From the NCBI GenBank assembly GCA_964538485.1, contig CAZIHJ010000007.1, positions 1 to 52,466 of the forward strand: 52,466 nucleotides of DNA. Direction: 5' to 3'. The first letter of the stretch is position 1; each line of letters begins with the position of its first letter. The position numbers were made by a program, and so were the translations under genes. The notes under the pieces were generated by a model. That model worked only from the letters and a program-made list of their open reading frames with translations. It did no database searches and had not been told where the DNA came from. The DNA comes from an uncultured Chitinophagales bacterium. GTDB taxonomy: Bacteria; Bacteroidota; Ignavibacteria; UBA10030; UBA6906. Positions 18,580 to 29,463 of the stretch are shown here, one piece after another.

Positions 18580-21500
18580 TGAGGCGCGCTGTCTATGGCG
18601 CGTCGCAAAACTGTCAACATCTCGTTGATCTGATAGGGTTTGTGGATAAAATCCAGTGCACCCGACTGGAGCAGTTCTTTTTTCTTCTCTTCTCTGATGA
18701 ACCCGGTGCTAAAAAGGATTCGTACCCCCGGATTGATTCTTTGCAGCTGCTTGAAGACCTGCTCACCCGAGAGCTTTGGCAAACCCATGTCCGAGATGAC
18801 AATGTTGATTGAGTCTTTATTCTTCCCGTACACGGCGACCCCTTCTTCACCGTCCCGCGCTTCGAGGACCGCGTATCCTGCCCTGGTCAAGACATCGACA
18901 ATGAGGGAGCGTAACACTTCCTCATCTTCAATAACAAGTATAGTCTCCCCGTTCCCTCGAGCCGGGGCCTGAGCCTGGGCGGCTTCCGAAGCGTTCTTCT
19001 GTGAAACAATGGGAAAATATACCGAAAACGTTGTATGCTCGCCGACACGGCTCTCGACGCCAATATGTCCGTTGTGTGATTTGACAATTCCATGGACAAT
19101 GGAGAGCCCGAGCCCCGTTCCTTTGCCGATTTCTTTTGTGGTGAAGAACGGCTCGAAGATTCTGCGCTGCACTTCTGGCGGGATCCCGGCACCTGTATCG
19201 GAGACACGCAATACGGCATACTCGTCTGCTGTGATCATCCCAAACCGTTCCTTGACTGTGTGGCCCGAAACAGACTCCAACGCAATTGACAAAACTCCAT
19301 TCCTTTGATCTGTCATGGCATCACGGGCATTAATGCAGAGGTTCAATAATACCTGGTGAATCTGCCCTTCGTCACCCATAATCACACCTTGCTTCATATT
19401 GATCGAGATGCCAATCTCGATTGTCTTCGGGAATGAATGATCGAGGATCTTTTTCACTTCGTTGACGATATGCGACAAGGAAATCGGGGAGAGCTTCGCA
19501 GCCTCGGCTCTTGAGAACTGCAACAGCTGTTTTGCGATAGCAGCGCCACGGAGAGTGGTTTCTTCGACCATGTTTGCATATCGAACGATTTGAGGATCGG
19601 TAGACTGTTGTTTGATCATTTGCGCTGCGGTCAGGGTTACTCCCATGACATTGTTGAAATCGTGGGCAATGCCGCTAGCGAGCTGTCCGACGGCCTCCAT
19701 TTTTTGCGCCTGCAGCAACTGGTCTTCCAGCCGTTTGCGCTCAGTGTTATCAAACAAATATCCCTTTATCCCGGTCAGTTCTCCATGGTCGTCGAATGAA
19801 CCGATGAGATTTGCCACCACATAAATTGGTTTGCCGTCCTTCCGACGGAGTTCGGTTTCAAAATAGTCGAGTTTCTTCATCCTCCTCACGGATTCGAAGA
19901 TATTCTCACGACTCTCCACATCCTTGTGAAGGACGCGGCAGTCATTCCTGAGGGCCTCCTCCACGGAGGCGAATCCGAAGATGCGAGCAAATGCGGAATT
20001 GCACGCCAACACCTTCCCGTCGGGAGCCGAAATAAAATCACCCGTGAGGTCGTCTTCGAACATCTGACGATAGCGTTCTTCGCTCTCGCGCAGAGCGACT
20101 TCGGAACGCTTCCGCTCAATTGCCTTGGCCACTTGTGTGGAAACGAATTCCAGCATGTGCTGCTCAACAACCCCATACGCCTTTGCATCCGAATAGTGCT
20201 GTACGACCATCGCCCCGATCGTCTTGTTCGCAACAATGAGAGGTACACCGAGCCAGATGGGAGAGGGGGCACCGACCAACTCTGCCTCTCCTTTTCTGAT
20301 GAGTTCAGAGAGAATCTCGTCCGGGCACAACAGCGATCGGCCGTTACGAAGCACGTATGCCGTCAACCCTTTACCCGGTGGCATTGGCGGTGATGGGACG
20401 TCTACCTCATCAACGAAGTAGGGAAAGTGTAACAGATCCTGCTGCTCGTCATACAGGGCAATGTAGAAGTTGTTTGCAGGCATCACCTCTTGAATTATCC
20501 CATGAACTGCCTTGTAGATATCATCAAGGTTGAGTGCGGTATCTGCCGCTTGTGCAATGCGGTACACTGCATCCTGGAGTTTCTCGGCCCTCTTTTCTTC
20601 TGTAACATCCCGCGCAACACCCATTAACGCAAGTGGTTCACCGTTTTCACCACGGACGACAGAGGTGGAGAGAGAGATGAGAAACTCGCTGCCGTCTTTC
20701 CGGCAGTTCCATAACTCGCCCTCCCATGCACCGTGCAACGTTCCCTCGAGCACCTGTTCAATGATCTCCGGGGAATTTCGCCGGGACCGAACGATGCTGA
20801 TGTGTTTCCCGATAACTTCGCTTTCCTTGTATCCGTACATCCGGAGAAAGGCATCGTTCACAAAGAGAATATTGTCATCAAGGTCTGTAAGGGTAACACC
20901 TTCTGTAATGCTGCGTAGCGCATGGGCAAGCATTGCCAGCCGGCTCTCTGTCTGTTTGCGTTCGGTGATATCGCGCTGCGTTCCCCATGCTCTGATGAGG
21001 TGACCGTCTTCAACCGTACCCACGAGATTATTCAGGAAATAATGCATGATGCCATCACTGTCGGGCTCGTGGGACTCGGCGTTCAAGAGCCGATAGCCGG
21101 AACGGATAAAGCCCTGAATGTAGTGAAGATTTTCTGTATCGCTCCGTATGAGCAGCTCCTTGAGGCGTGTTCCCTGGAGGTCCTCAGCGCTGGAGAGTCC
21201 ATACATCCGGGCCATAACATCATTGCATTGGGCCAGATAACCGTGTGAGTAGAGGAAGTCGATTTGGTCCTGTTCGCATAATGAAACCGGCATCGGCACG
21301 TCAATCTCAAGGCGCCAAATGGCCTCGGAACTCTGCTCGACAAATGCCCGATAACGTTCCTCACTTTTGCTCAGTGCTTCAACGGCATCCTTCCGCTCCG
21401 TGATATCACGGTAGTTGACGACAATCGCGCGGACAGCAGGATCAGTCAGGAGATTTGTTCCCATCCCTTCCATCCATTTCAACGCGCCGTTCTTGTGAAG

Positions 21501-22568
21501 AATGCGATACTCTGTGGTCACAGACTTTCCAGGGTGAGCCACCAGCTCCGCCAGAAGTTGCTTTGTCCTGGGGATGTCATCCGGATGCAACGTTGAGAAT
21601 GCGTTCATACCGGTGAACTCAGACACGGTGTATCCGAGTATTCGTTCGGTTGAAGGACCTGCATACAGCACAAGGCCTGATTGGTCAACAAGCGCAATTC
21701 CTTCGGAGCTATGCTCAATTAGCGACCGGAATCGTTGTTCGCTCGCGCGGATTGTATCTTCAGTGCGCTTCCGCTCTGTAATGTCTCTGGAGACAACCAC
21801 GATTCGGGAGGGTTGCCCCCTGTGATCGGTAATGACATTTCCCTGTGATTCAATAAAGCGAATTGATCCATCCTTCAGGAGAAACCGGTACTCAGCACGC
21901 CGACCGTTTCCAGTACGAATAGTGTCTGCAAATATCTGCTTGACACGTTCACGGTCATCCGGATGAATTTCGGTGAACGAATCCGTTCCCCGCAGTGCTT
22001 CCGGATCGCCGAGAATATCCCTGTACGAAGGGCTGTTGTAAATGCGTCTGCCATTCAAGTCCACAACTGCTATGAGATCGGATACATGTCCGGCAATATG
22101 GCGGAGGGTTTCTTCACTCTGGCGCAACGCAGACTCCGCTTGTGCCTTCGCCTCTCGTTCCCGCTTCAATGCAAGGGCACCCTCAATTGCAGGAACAAGA
22201 AGGTGCAACTGGTTCTTGTTGACATAGTCAGTTGCACCGGCACGCATACAACTGACGGCTATTTCCTCTGTATTGGACCCCGTGACGATAATTACCGGGA
22301 CTTCCCGTGCCTGTGACCGGAAGACTTCCAGGACATCCAGCCCGTTGAGGTCGGGGAGAGTAAAGTCGGAAAGGACAAAATGAGGATCGAATTCCGCCAA
22401 CGCTTCTGCAATTCCTGCTTTCGTTGCTACGCGCAGGGTTTGAAAAGGGGCGGGGAGCTTTGACAGGGCAAACTCAATGAGTTTGCCGTCAGTCGGCGAA
22501 TCTTCGACCATCAGGATACGCAACATCCCGTTGCCGTGTTCTTTTGAACGATGAACCGTCAAGGACAT
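18576..22568 (-). CDS. Cytoplasmic hybrid histidine kinase: REC-PAS x4-GAF-PAS-HisKA-HATPase-REC
   Basis: N-terminal REC (MVEDS...LSDFTLP), five PAS/PAC units ending RDITERK-like, GAF, H-box [16 protein letters not shown]-terminal REC (ISDMGLP). Confidence 0.95.
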   Translation of the reverse strand: MSLTVHRSKEHGNGMLRILMVEDSPTDGKLIEFALSKLPAPFQTLRVATKAGIAEALAEFDPHFVLSDFTLPDLNGLDVLEVFRSQAREVPVIIVTGSNTEEIAVSCMRAGATDYVNKNQLHLLVPAIEGALALKREREAKAQAESALRQSEETLRHIAGHVSDLIAVVDLNGRRIYNSPSYRDILGDPEALRGTDSFTEIHPDDRERVKQIFADTIRTGNGRRAEYRFLLKDGSIRFIESQGNVITDHRGQPSRIVVVSRDITERKRTEDTIRASEQRFRSLIEHSSEGIALVDQSGLVLYAGPSTERILGYTVSEFTGMNAFSTLHPDDIPRTKQLLAELVAHPGKSVTTEYRILHKNGALKWMEGMGTNLLTDPAVRAIVVNYRDITERKDAVEALSKSEERYRAFVEQSSEAIWRLEIDVPMPVSLCEQDQIDFLYSHGYLAQCNDVMARMYGLSSAEDLQGTRLKELLIRSDTENLHYIQGFIRSGYRLLNAESHEPDSDGIMHYFLNNLVGTVEDGHLIRAWGTQRDITERKQTESRLAMLAHALRSITEGVTLTDLDDNILFVNDAFLRMYGYKESEVIGKHISIVRSRRNSPEIIEQVLEGTLHGAWEGELWNCRKDGSEFLISLSTSVVRGENGEPLALMGVARDVTEEKRAEKLQDAVYRIAQAADTALNLDDIYKAVHGIIQEVMPANNFYIALYDEQQDLLHFPYFVDEVDVPSPPMPPGKGLTAYVLRNGRSLLCPDEILSELIRKGEAELVGAPSPIWLGVPLIVANKTIGAMVVQHYSDAKAYGVVEQHMLEFVSTQVAKAIERKRSEVALRESEERYRQMFEDDLTGDFISAPDGKVLACNSAFARIFGFASVEEALRNDCRVLHKDVESRENIFESVRRMKKLDYFETELRRKDGKPIYVVANLIGSFDDHGELTGIKGYLFDNTERKRLEDQLLQAQKMEAVGQLASGIAHDFNNVMGVTLTAAQMIKQQSTDPQIVRYANMVEETTLRGAAIAKQLLQFSRAEAAKLSPISLSHIVNEVKKILDHSFPKTIEIGISINMKQGVIMGDEGQIHQVLLNLCINARDAMTDQRNGVLSIALESVSGHTVKERFGMITADEYAVLRVSDTGAGIPPEVQRRIFEPFFTTKEIGKGTGLGLSIVHGIVKSHNGHIGVESRVGEHTTFSVYFPIVSQKNASEAAQAQAPARGNGETILVIEDEEVLRSLIVDVLTRAGYAVLEARDGEEGVAVYGKNKDSINIVISDMGLPKLSGEQVFKQLQRINPGVRILFSTGFIREEKKKELLQSGALDFIHKPYQINEMLTVLRRAIDSAPH

Positions 22569-22685
22569 CCTCTGGAAATGTGAACGAACCTGACCCGGCC
22601 CTCGTTGCTGTACCCAACCTGAATCGATTTCAAAAGTGAAAAATTCGGTACTTTCAAGATACCCCTGCTGTGCAAAGCGATGTCG

Positions 22686-25007
22686 TTACCCTGGAGATTG
22701 CTCTTCATCGCCGGAAGTTTCGAGTTCGGCATTCAGAAGCTCACTAATCTTGACAAGGAGTGTGTCCGCGGCGTAAGGCTTCGGGAGAATCGCATCGACG
22801 CTCTCTTCGTCAAGGGCTGCGTATCCGGAGGAAAGACCGCTTGAGGCAATGATCTTTACGTCCGAATCAATTCCACGGATGACACGTACCATCTCCGGAC
22901 CGTTCATTACCGGCATCATCATATCTGTCAATATTACTCGAATCTGACCTTGCATTCTTGAATGCAGAGCAACTCCCTCAGTCCCATCTCCCGCCGTAAT
23001 TACCTGGTATCCGAAAGACTCGAGAGTTGCCTTGGTAATCTGGCAAATAGCCGCTTCGTCATCGACGATCATGACCAGTTCACCATGACCGTGCGGCATC
23101 GTTCGTTTTTGCTCGACGTGTGTTCGTTCCGTTTCAGCAGTTGTTGCAGGCAGATACACCTTGAATTCGGTTCCCTTGTATGGTGTGCTGGAGACACTCA
23201 CAAAGCCGCCGTGACCCCGTACGATGGAGAGAACCGTGGAGAGTCCCAGGCCCGTGCCAACACCAACTTCCTTTGTTGTAAAAAATGGATCGAATATCTT
23301 GTGAATGATGTCGAGTGGAATGCCGGTTCCTGTGTCGCAAACAGTGAACACCACATGCGGGCCGGTCTGAGCCCCTTCGTGCAACGACTTCAATGTCTCA
23401 TCGACCTCTACATTGTCAAGCGACAGTGTCAATGTTCCACCATTGGGCATTGCGTCTCGTGCGTTCACGCTCAGATTCAGCAATACCTGATGCAATTGCG
23501 TTGCATCTCCTGAGACAATCCAGATATCGCGTGGTGAACGGATGACGATATCGATTGAGGGCGGGAATGTCTCCTTGACGATATTCTCCATTTCTTTGAT
23601 GAGATGGCGCGGCTGCAGGGTCACGCGCTCACCTTCGACGCCCCGGGCAAAAGTTAATACCTGCTTCACCATCTCTGCTCCGCGTTTTGCGCTTTGCTCG
23701 AGAGAGCCCAGCATCCGCTGACTTGGTTCGTCCTTGAACCGATTACGGAACACCTCAACAGACATCAAGATCGGAGCGAGGACATTGTTGAGATCGTGGG
23801 CAATACCTCCGGCGAGAGTTCCGATACTTTCCATGCGCTGAGCACGGAGAAACTGTTTCTCGAGCTTCTTATTCTCTGTAATATCGGTGCTCACCACGAG
23901 TATGGATTTTGGGTTCCCCATCGCATCCCGTACCGTTGTCCACCGACTTTCAACAATGATCTCAGTACCACTTCTTGTAATCTGCCGGAGTTCTCCACGC
24001 CATTCTCCTTTTTGAAAGAGTATTTCCATGGCCCGATCATTTGAGGGAGAAGCCGGGTTATGAAGCAGGTCTGTAAAGCTGTTTCCGGTGACCTCCTGTG
24101 CAGTCCATCCATAGAGCTGCTCTGCCCCGGTATTCCAGAACAAGATCGTGTCATCAAAATTACGCACAATGATGGCATCCTGAGAAATATTGAGGAGTGC
24201 TGCCTGTTCGCGGATTTTCTCCTCCGCTTGCCTTCGCTCTGCAATTTCCTGTAGCAGCTCCTTTGTACGATCCCTGACGCGTGTTTCGAGACTACGATTC
24301 AGATTCTCCAGTTCACGTCTCGCGGATTCCAGTCTATCCACCATCTGATTGAAGGATCTGGCGAGATAACCCACTTCGTCTTTGGAATACACCGTTGCCC
24401 GTCGTTTCAGATCTCCTTTGGCGATGCGTTCGGCCGTTTGTACCATGTGACGCAGTGGCCCTGTCGCCATCAAGCTAATGCCATATACTGCGAATACCCC
24501 AATGACGAAGATGGCGAGACTGGTGAGGGCGATGGTCCGTTGTGTCCGACGGATTTCTTCGCGCATCTGCTTCAATGAGAGTCCGATGTACACACTTCCG
24601 ATGTTTCTACCACGGTGTGAGATTGTTGCAAATGTCCGGTACACGTCACCTATGTTCGCTGCATGCTGGCTATCGTCGATTGTCCGATACTTGAGAATAT
24701 CCGCCTTGACCTTGTCCTTGGCAACAAAGATCTTTCCGGAGTGGTCGAACGCGAGGAGGTATACGATTTCAGGGTTCTGCCGCACGCTTTCGAGTGCTTC
24801 ATTTGCGGTTTCTGGTTCACTGTGTGCAAGGGCCGGGGCAATAACAAACGCCGTCATCGCCGCTATACTGTTCCCTTTCTCCATGCTTGCCTTCAATGCC
24901 TCTTCTTCGAGACGCGAAGGGAAGTAGAGATAGATGAACAGAGAGTTTGCAGCGATGAACAGCGTAAAAAGAACGACCAGTTTAAGCCTGATAGAAATAC
25001 TGTCCAT
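22686..25007 (-). CDS. Membrane hybrid histidine kinase: TM-sensor-TM-HAMP-PAS-HisKA-HATPase-REC
   Basis: Two TM segments, HAMP (DEVGYLARSFNQM), PAS, IAHDLNN, GVGTGLGL, REC (LTDMMMP). Confidence 0.95.
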   Translation of the reverse strand: MDSISIRLKLVVLFTLFIAANSLFIYLYFPSRLEEEALKASMEKGNSIAAMTAFVIAPALAHSEPETANEALESVRQNPEIVYLLAFDHSGKIFVAKDKVKADILKYRTIDDSQHAANIGDVYRTFATISHRGRNIGSVYIGLSLKQMREEIRRTQRTIALTSLAIFVIGVFAVYGISLMATGPLRHMVQTAERIAKGDLKRRATVYSKDEVGYLARSFNQMVDRLESARRELENLNRSLETRVRDRTKELLQEIAERRQAEEKIREQAALLNISQDAIIVRNFDDTILFWNTGAEQLYGWTAQEVTGNSFTDLLHNPASPSNDRAMEILFQKGEWRGELRQITRSGTEIIVESRWTTVRDAMGNPKSILVVSTDITENKKLEKQFLRAQRMESIGTLAGGIAHDLNNVLAPILMSVEVFRNRFKDEPSQRMLGSLEQSAKRGAEMVKQVLTFARGVEGERVTLQPRHLIKEMENIVKETFPPSIDIVIRSPRDIWIVSGDATQLHQVLLNLSVNARDAMPNGGTLTLSLDNVEVDETLKSLHEGAQTGPHVVFTVCDTGTGIPLDIIHKIFDPFFTTKEVGVGTGLGLSTVLSIVRGHGGFVSVSSTPYKGTEFKVYLPATTAETERTHVEQKRTMPHGHGELVMIVDDEAAICQITKATLESFGYQVITAGDGTEGVALHSRMQGQIRVILTDMMMPVMNGPEMVRVIRGIDSDVKIIASSGLSSGYAALDEESVDAILPKPYAADTLLVKISELLNAELETSGDEEQSPG

Positions 25008-25054
25008 GAACTTGCCTTTTGTCCCTGTGATTTAGGGGATAACCACCACATACG

Positions 25055-25070
25055 GTCAACTCCCGTGCCA
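25055..25070 (-). promoter_or_regulatory. Sigma54-like promoter with a non-canonical -12 (GG-N10-GA)
   Basis: Minus strand TGGCACGGGAGTTGAC vs consensus TGGCACG-N4-TTGC; 47 nt upstream of the kinase ATG. Confidence 0.45.
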
Positions 25071-25126
25071 CAGAGGGTGCTGGTTTTTCGAGGTGTTTTT
25101 AGCTGAATGAAGGAGGGGTGAGGCGG

Positions 25127-25160
25127 CCGGAAGGCAATTTTGCTTCCGGAAGGTAGTTTT
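25127..25160. repeat. Tandem CCGGAAGG(C/T)A(A/G)TTTT repeat with an embedded inverted repeat; candidate activator site
   Basis: CCGGAAGGCAATTTT at 25127 and CCGGAAGGTAGTTTT at 25146; CCGGAA/TTCCGG dyad between them. Confidence 0.5.
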
Positions 25161-25197
25161 TGGATGGAAGATATGGAACCGAGACCTGCCCGAAGAA

Positions 25198-25223
25198 AAC
25201 CAGGCGGGGAAACCCGCCTGGTT
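25198..25223 (-). terminator. Intrinsic terminator after the DUF2911 gene
   Basis: 11-bp perfect stem AACCAGGCGGG/CCCGCCTGGTT, 4-nt loop, followed by TTCTTC on the minus strand. Confidence 0.85.
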
Positions 25224-25234
25224 GCTGGACTCCG

Positions 25235-26209
25235 CTACTTTGCTTGAATGGTCACAGAATAGATCCTGTCATCCCAGCCAAGTTTCATCAGGGCTGAGTT
25301 GTTGGCATTGCTTTCAAACTCCATCATGAATGGGTCAATCGTCTCACGTGATTTCTCCATCGTCATGGGAATGCGTACGAGGTCCAATGACTGATCGTAT
25401 TGCGCTGATCCGGGGGCTTTCTTACTGATGATCAATTCAAAGCCATCCTTCTTTGGCAGAGAATACAGCGTGTACGTTCCAGCCGGAACGAGTTTGCCGC
25501 CGATTGTAAGCTCTTTTTCGGTGGAGAATACGGTGGCCTGGTTTGCGCCTGTCCGCCATATGGAGTCCATTGGTACAACAACTCCCCAGATTTGTCGCCC
25601 ACGCTTGTATGGCTTGCTGAACTTCAAAAAGACCTTTCCATCCCCGAGAGTTGTTTCCACCGAATCCAGAGGACTGAGAGGACGAATCTTATCGTTTCTT
25701 TCGAAGGTCGTGGAGACGAGTGTGTTTTCCCACATCATTTTGAGCGATCCCGAAACGCCCTGTCTCGGTTCGAGGGCAATCGTAAATTGCTCGACTGGCT
25801 TTTCGGTTGTTGATACAACCGCTTTGAATCGTGCCAGATCCTGTGTCTCGTCGTATTTTGTTCCCCATTGCTTGGTCTGTTTATTCAAAATAATCGTCCA
25901 GCTATCCGGAGCAGGGATTGTCCACAACGTGTAGGTTCCGCGCGGTACCGGAACTCCCCCGATGATCATATCAAAATTCGTCTTGAAATGTGTTGCTTCG
26001 TTGGCGCCGGTCCGCCAGACTGCATTCCACGGAACCAGATCGCCCATGATTTTCCGTCCTCGCATCGAAGGGCGGCCATAATTCACAGAAACGACGTTGG
26101 TGTCCAGGGTAAGCGAAACCGAATCACGCGGACTCAATTTCTCCTGCGACACTCCGGGAGTTGCGATGCAGAATAGCAATGTATGGCAGAGAATAACAAA
26201 ATATTTCAT
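25235..26209 (-). CDS. Secreted protein with two tandem DUF2911 domains
   Basis: Signal peptide from ATG 26209; two copies of LSP.DSV...RGR.I.G..VP....WRTGAN.AT and G.YTL. Confidence 0.85.
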   Translation of the reverse strand: MKYFVILCHTLLFCIATPGVSQEKLSPRDSVSLTLDTNVVSVNYGRPSMRGRKIMGDLVPWNAVWRTGANEATHFKTNFDMIIGGVPVPRGTYTLWTIPAPDSWTIILNKQTKQWGTKYDETQDLARFKAVVSTTEKPVEQFTIALEPRQGVSGSLKMMWENTLVSTTFERNDKIRPLSPLDSVETTLGDGKVFLKFSKPYKRGRQIWGVVVPMDSIWRTGANQATVFSTEKELTIGGKLVPAGTYTLYSLPKKDGFELIISKKAPGSAQYDQSLDLVRIPMTMEKSRETIDPFMMEFESNANNSALMKLGWDDRIYSVTIQAK

Positions 26210-26225
26210 GAACGTGAATCCTTGA

Positions 26226-27233
26226 TTACTTGAACTTGATTGAGTTGACGACCTTTTCATAAATGGGCATGTACACGTCGCGCTGCGGCTTGTACCAGTC
26301 AAGTGTTGCGCGAACGACCTTGTCATTCTTCACGGTGAAATAAATGCGACGTTCAACGTCTCGGGTCGCAGAGTACGTAAGAAACTTCGCCGGCTCACCC
26401 CCCAATTTCCCTTCGCCAAATGTCGCACCTTTGAACTTGCCTTTGTTCTGATCAAATACTTTGTCTACAGTCAATCCCTGCGCCTCGAATACATCGAATT
26501 GGATGCCGCAATCAAGCCGCACACCGCGCAATCCGACGACGAGTTCGTTCTTGCCTTTTGGGGGATTGATGAAATTGAAGTTCTCCGGGTAGTCAAATGT
26601 AAACATGGCTGTAGTGGAACTGGCAAACGTCTCCGACGGAAGTGTTTCGTCTCGTCCTGCCTCTTTCGGTTTGGGGGCCTGGAAGGAATTCAACACGGCC
26701 TCGAACACCGCAGCGTGAGCAAGGTAGTGTTCACCGAATCCTGAGAACCCGAGGTCATACATCGCCGAATCTACTGCGAGCAGAATATGATGGCTGTTAA
26801 TAAGGTTTCCCTCGCCGTAGTTTGCTGAATAGGGAATTTTTGTTCCCTGAACTCCACCGACAGTTACTGATTGTTCCTGTCCAAGTTGAACTCCAGACTG
26901 GCCCCAGTCGGCTTTTAGTTGATTGATTGCACCGGCAACATCAGCTGTTTTTGTAACACGAACAGCGATCTCGGCGCCTGTTGGTCCTGGATCCGTGGGG
27001 ACGCGAAATTTTCCCTCCACTCCTTCCGCGCTGTAAAATAGAGCCTGACCAACCTGTGTGTTGGCAACCCATGCCTTCGGGTAACTGATACTGAAGCCAA
27101 TACCAGGATCGTTGTATACTGTCATTTCACCGACTGGAACCGGTTCTGTTTTCTTTTCTCCGGCGCACCCGGTGACCATTACCGCGGCAACCGTCAACGC
27201 GGTAACCAGGAAGATGTATTGTTTTGCTTGCAT
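26226..27233 (-). CDS. Lipoprotein with two tandem PsbP/Mog1-like domains
   Basis: Lipobox VMVTGC; two halves starting GFSISYPKAW / MFTFDYPENF and ending VFEAVLNSF / IYEKVVNSI. Confidence 0.65.
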   Translation of the reverse strand: MQAKQYIFLVTALTVAAVMVTGCAGEKKTEPVPVGEMTVYNDPGIGFSISYPKAWVANTQVGQALFYSAEGVEGKFRVPTDPGPTGAEIAVRVTKTADVAGAINQLKADWGQSGVQLGQEQSVTVGGVQGTKIPYSANYGEGNLINSHHILLAVDSAMYDLGFSGFGEHYLAHAAVFEAVLNSFQAPKPKEAGRDETLPSETFASSTTAMFTFDYPENFNFINPPKGKNELVVGLRGVRLDCGIQFDVFEAQGLTVDKVFDQNKGKFKGATFGEGKLGGEPAKFLTYSATRDVERRIYFTVKNDKVVRATLDWYKPQRDVYMPIYEKVVNSIKFK

Positions 27234-27257
27234 TGTGGGGCCTCTCAAAAAGGTTCG

Positions 27258-28760
27258 TTAATCCTTGGGAACAACTGTGTCATACCACGTTTTTTTTGCC
27301 CGTACTCCAACTTCATCAATATGGACATGCTTTGCTTCTGTGTATTCCTTCAGCCCATCAACACCAAATTCACGACCAATGCCGCTTTGCTTATAGCCGC
27401 CGAATGGCGCTCGCTCGCTCAACAGGTGCCATTCGTTTATCCAGACTGTTCCTGTCCTGAGTTTGCGCGCAACCGACAGCGCTTTCTCGGGATCTCTTGA
27501 CCATACGCCGCCGGCAAGACCAAAACTCGAATCGTTTGCCATACGCACCGCATCATCTACAGACTTGTAACGGATCACCGACAACACCGGGCCAAAGATC
27601 TCCTCTTGTGCAATTGTCGAGGAGTTGTTTACATGGTCGAAGATCGTGGGCTCAACGAAGAAGCCGCGCGCACATTCCGGGTTTTCAGGTATTCCGCCTC
27701 CCGTGACCACATCGGCGCCCTCCCGTTTTCCTTTTGCAATATACGCGAGAACGGTTTCCTGTTGCTTCTTGGAAACGAGCGGACCAATGTCTGTGCTCAT
27801 CTGGGTGGGATCACCCACCTTCATCTTTCGGGTCTTTTCCACCAAGCGATTCACAAATTCGTCCGCCTTGCTCTCCGGGAGGAAAAGACGTGTCCCTGCT
27901 TCGCAGCATTGCCCTTGATGATAAAAGATTGCATACAATGCACCATCAACGGCGATCTCCATGTCCGCATCATCAAGAATGATGTTTGCCGACTTGCCGC
28001 CGCATTCCAGCGTAATTTTCTTGAGTGTTCCGGCAGCGGCCCTCATGATTGCCTGACCGACAGGTGTCGATCCCGTGAACGCCACCTTATCCACCATGGG
28101 GTTTGTCGTCATCTCGAGCCCGGCATCACTGCCAAAACCGGTAATGATGTTCACCACTCCCTTCGGCAGACCGCATTCATGGATCAGTCGTGCAAGTTCC
28201 ATTGCGGTTACCGGAGTTTCCTGTGAGGGCTTGAGGATGACGGTATTCCCGGCCGCAAGTGCTGGCCCGAGTTTCCAGATTGCCATCTTCAGCGGGAAGT
28301 TCCACGGGATGATTGCTGAGACTACCCCAATCGGCTCTCGTAACAACCAGTTCTTGCTGAAGCCGGGTTTGGAAACCGCATCGAGAGGTTCGTCAAGGTT
28401 CATCAGTGCGAGTTTGGAGAAGCTGTTCATGTTCCGCGCACTCAGGTAAACGTCTTCTTTTGCCTTTCGAAGAGTGGAGCCGGAGTCAGCCACCTCGAGT
28501 TCTGTAAGCAAAGCAGAGTTTTCGTTAATCTTATCTGAGATGGCCTTGATATAGGCAGCCCGCTCCTCCCGGGACATTCGGGGCCACGGGCCATCATCAA
28601 ATGCAGCCCGTGCAGCGGCAATGGCCTTTTGCGCATCACGCACACCTGCACGTGCGAAGGTGGCAATTACTTCTTGATTGAACGGGTTAATGGAGGTAAA
28701 ACTCTGACGTTCAGTAGAATCAACAAATTCACTGTTGATATAGAGCTTGTATGAGCGCAA
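27258..28760 (-). CDS. NAD-dependent aldehyde dehydrogenase
   Basis: IIPWNFP, LKPS, AFTGST, LECGGKS, GQCCEAG catalytic Cys region, EEIFGPV, FGGYKQSG. Confidence 0.95.
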   Translation of the reverse strand: MRSYKLYINSEFVDSTERQSFTSINPFNQEVIATFARAGVRDAQKAIAAARAAFDDGPWPRMSREERAAYIKAISDKINENSALLTELEVADSGSTLRKAKEDVYLSARNMNSFSKLALMNLDEPLDAVSKPGFSKNWLLREPIGVVSAIIPWNFPLKMAIWKLGPALAAGNTVILKPSQETPVTAMELARLIHECGLPKGVVNIITGFGSDAGLEMTTNPMVDKVAFTGSTPVGQAIMRAAAGTLKKITLECGGKSANIILDDADMEIAVDGALYAIFYHQGQCCEAGTRLFLPESKADEFVNRLVEKTRKMKVGDPTQMSTDIGPLVSKKQQETVLAYIAKGKREGADVVTGGGIPENPECARGFFVEPTIFDHVNNSSTIAQEEIFGPVLSVIRYKSVDDAVRMANDSSFGLAGGVWSRDPEKALSVARKLRTGTVWINEWHLLSERAPFGGYKQSGIGREFGVDGLKEYTEAKHVHIDEVGVRAKKTWYDTVVPKD

Positions 28761-28929
28761 TGGAGTTCAGTCGAAAATTGAATTGGAAAGGTATGAACTT
28801 TGGACGGGGCAAGATAGGCAAAAAAGTGGAATTCCTCAACCCGGTACCGGTTCAGAGTACCATTCAATTTGGAGAAATTCACAGAAAGGGTGTATGAACT
28901 GAGGAAACGCAGACTTTCAACCCCGCCGA

Positions 28930-29334
28930 CTACACAAGAGCTCTCGGGTAGGTGTCCGGTCGTTGTGGATCGAATATCGCATCGGTTAACGCAATGGTAT
29001 ATAAGTCTTGTTCCCCGCTGTTGACGATGGCGTGCGATGATAGGGGCTCGACGGTCAGGAGTACGGCGCCACCTCCACTGAACTTGCGTTGCGTGATAGG
29101 TGTCCCGATTCCCAAGTCCCAGTACAGTGTCCATTCATCTCTGTGGAGAATGACGATAACTTCCTTCCGGACTTTGTGGAAATGATTGCCGCGAATGGCT
29201 CCCGGATGAAGCGTGGTAAGGTGGAGATCGACAGCGGAAGGGAGGAAGTCGCTCCATCTGCGGTCAACTGAGAAACTGCTCCCGCGCTTGTCACCGCGGT
29301 CTGTGAGTACTGATATGGAAACAGGGGATGTCAA
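28930..29334 (-). CDS. Small cupin-fold protein (WxcM/CapF-C-like sugar isomerase family)
   Basis: DKRG motif, RGNHFHKVRKE metal-binding His motif, SHAIVN. Confidence 0.65.
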   Translation of the reverse strand: MTSPVSISVLTDRGDKRGSSFSVDRRWSDFLPSAVDLHLTTLHPGAIRGNHFHKVRKEVIVILHRDEWTLYWDLGIGTPITQRKFSGGGAVLLTVEPLSSHAIVNSGEQDLYTIALTDAIFDPQRPDTYPRALV

Positions 29335-29463
29335 CTATGAACGATTGTTGTAGTCCTTTAAGAACTTTTCAGAGAGAATATTCACATTTGGAGGAGAAGA
29401 ATCAAGATTCATGGCAAATGCTTGTCGATCTTTCGTTGCTGAGAGTCGAACTCCTGTTCGTTG

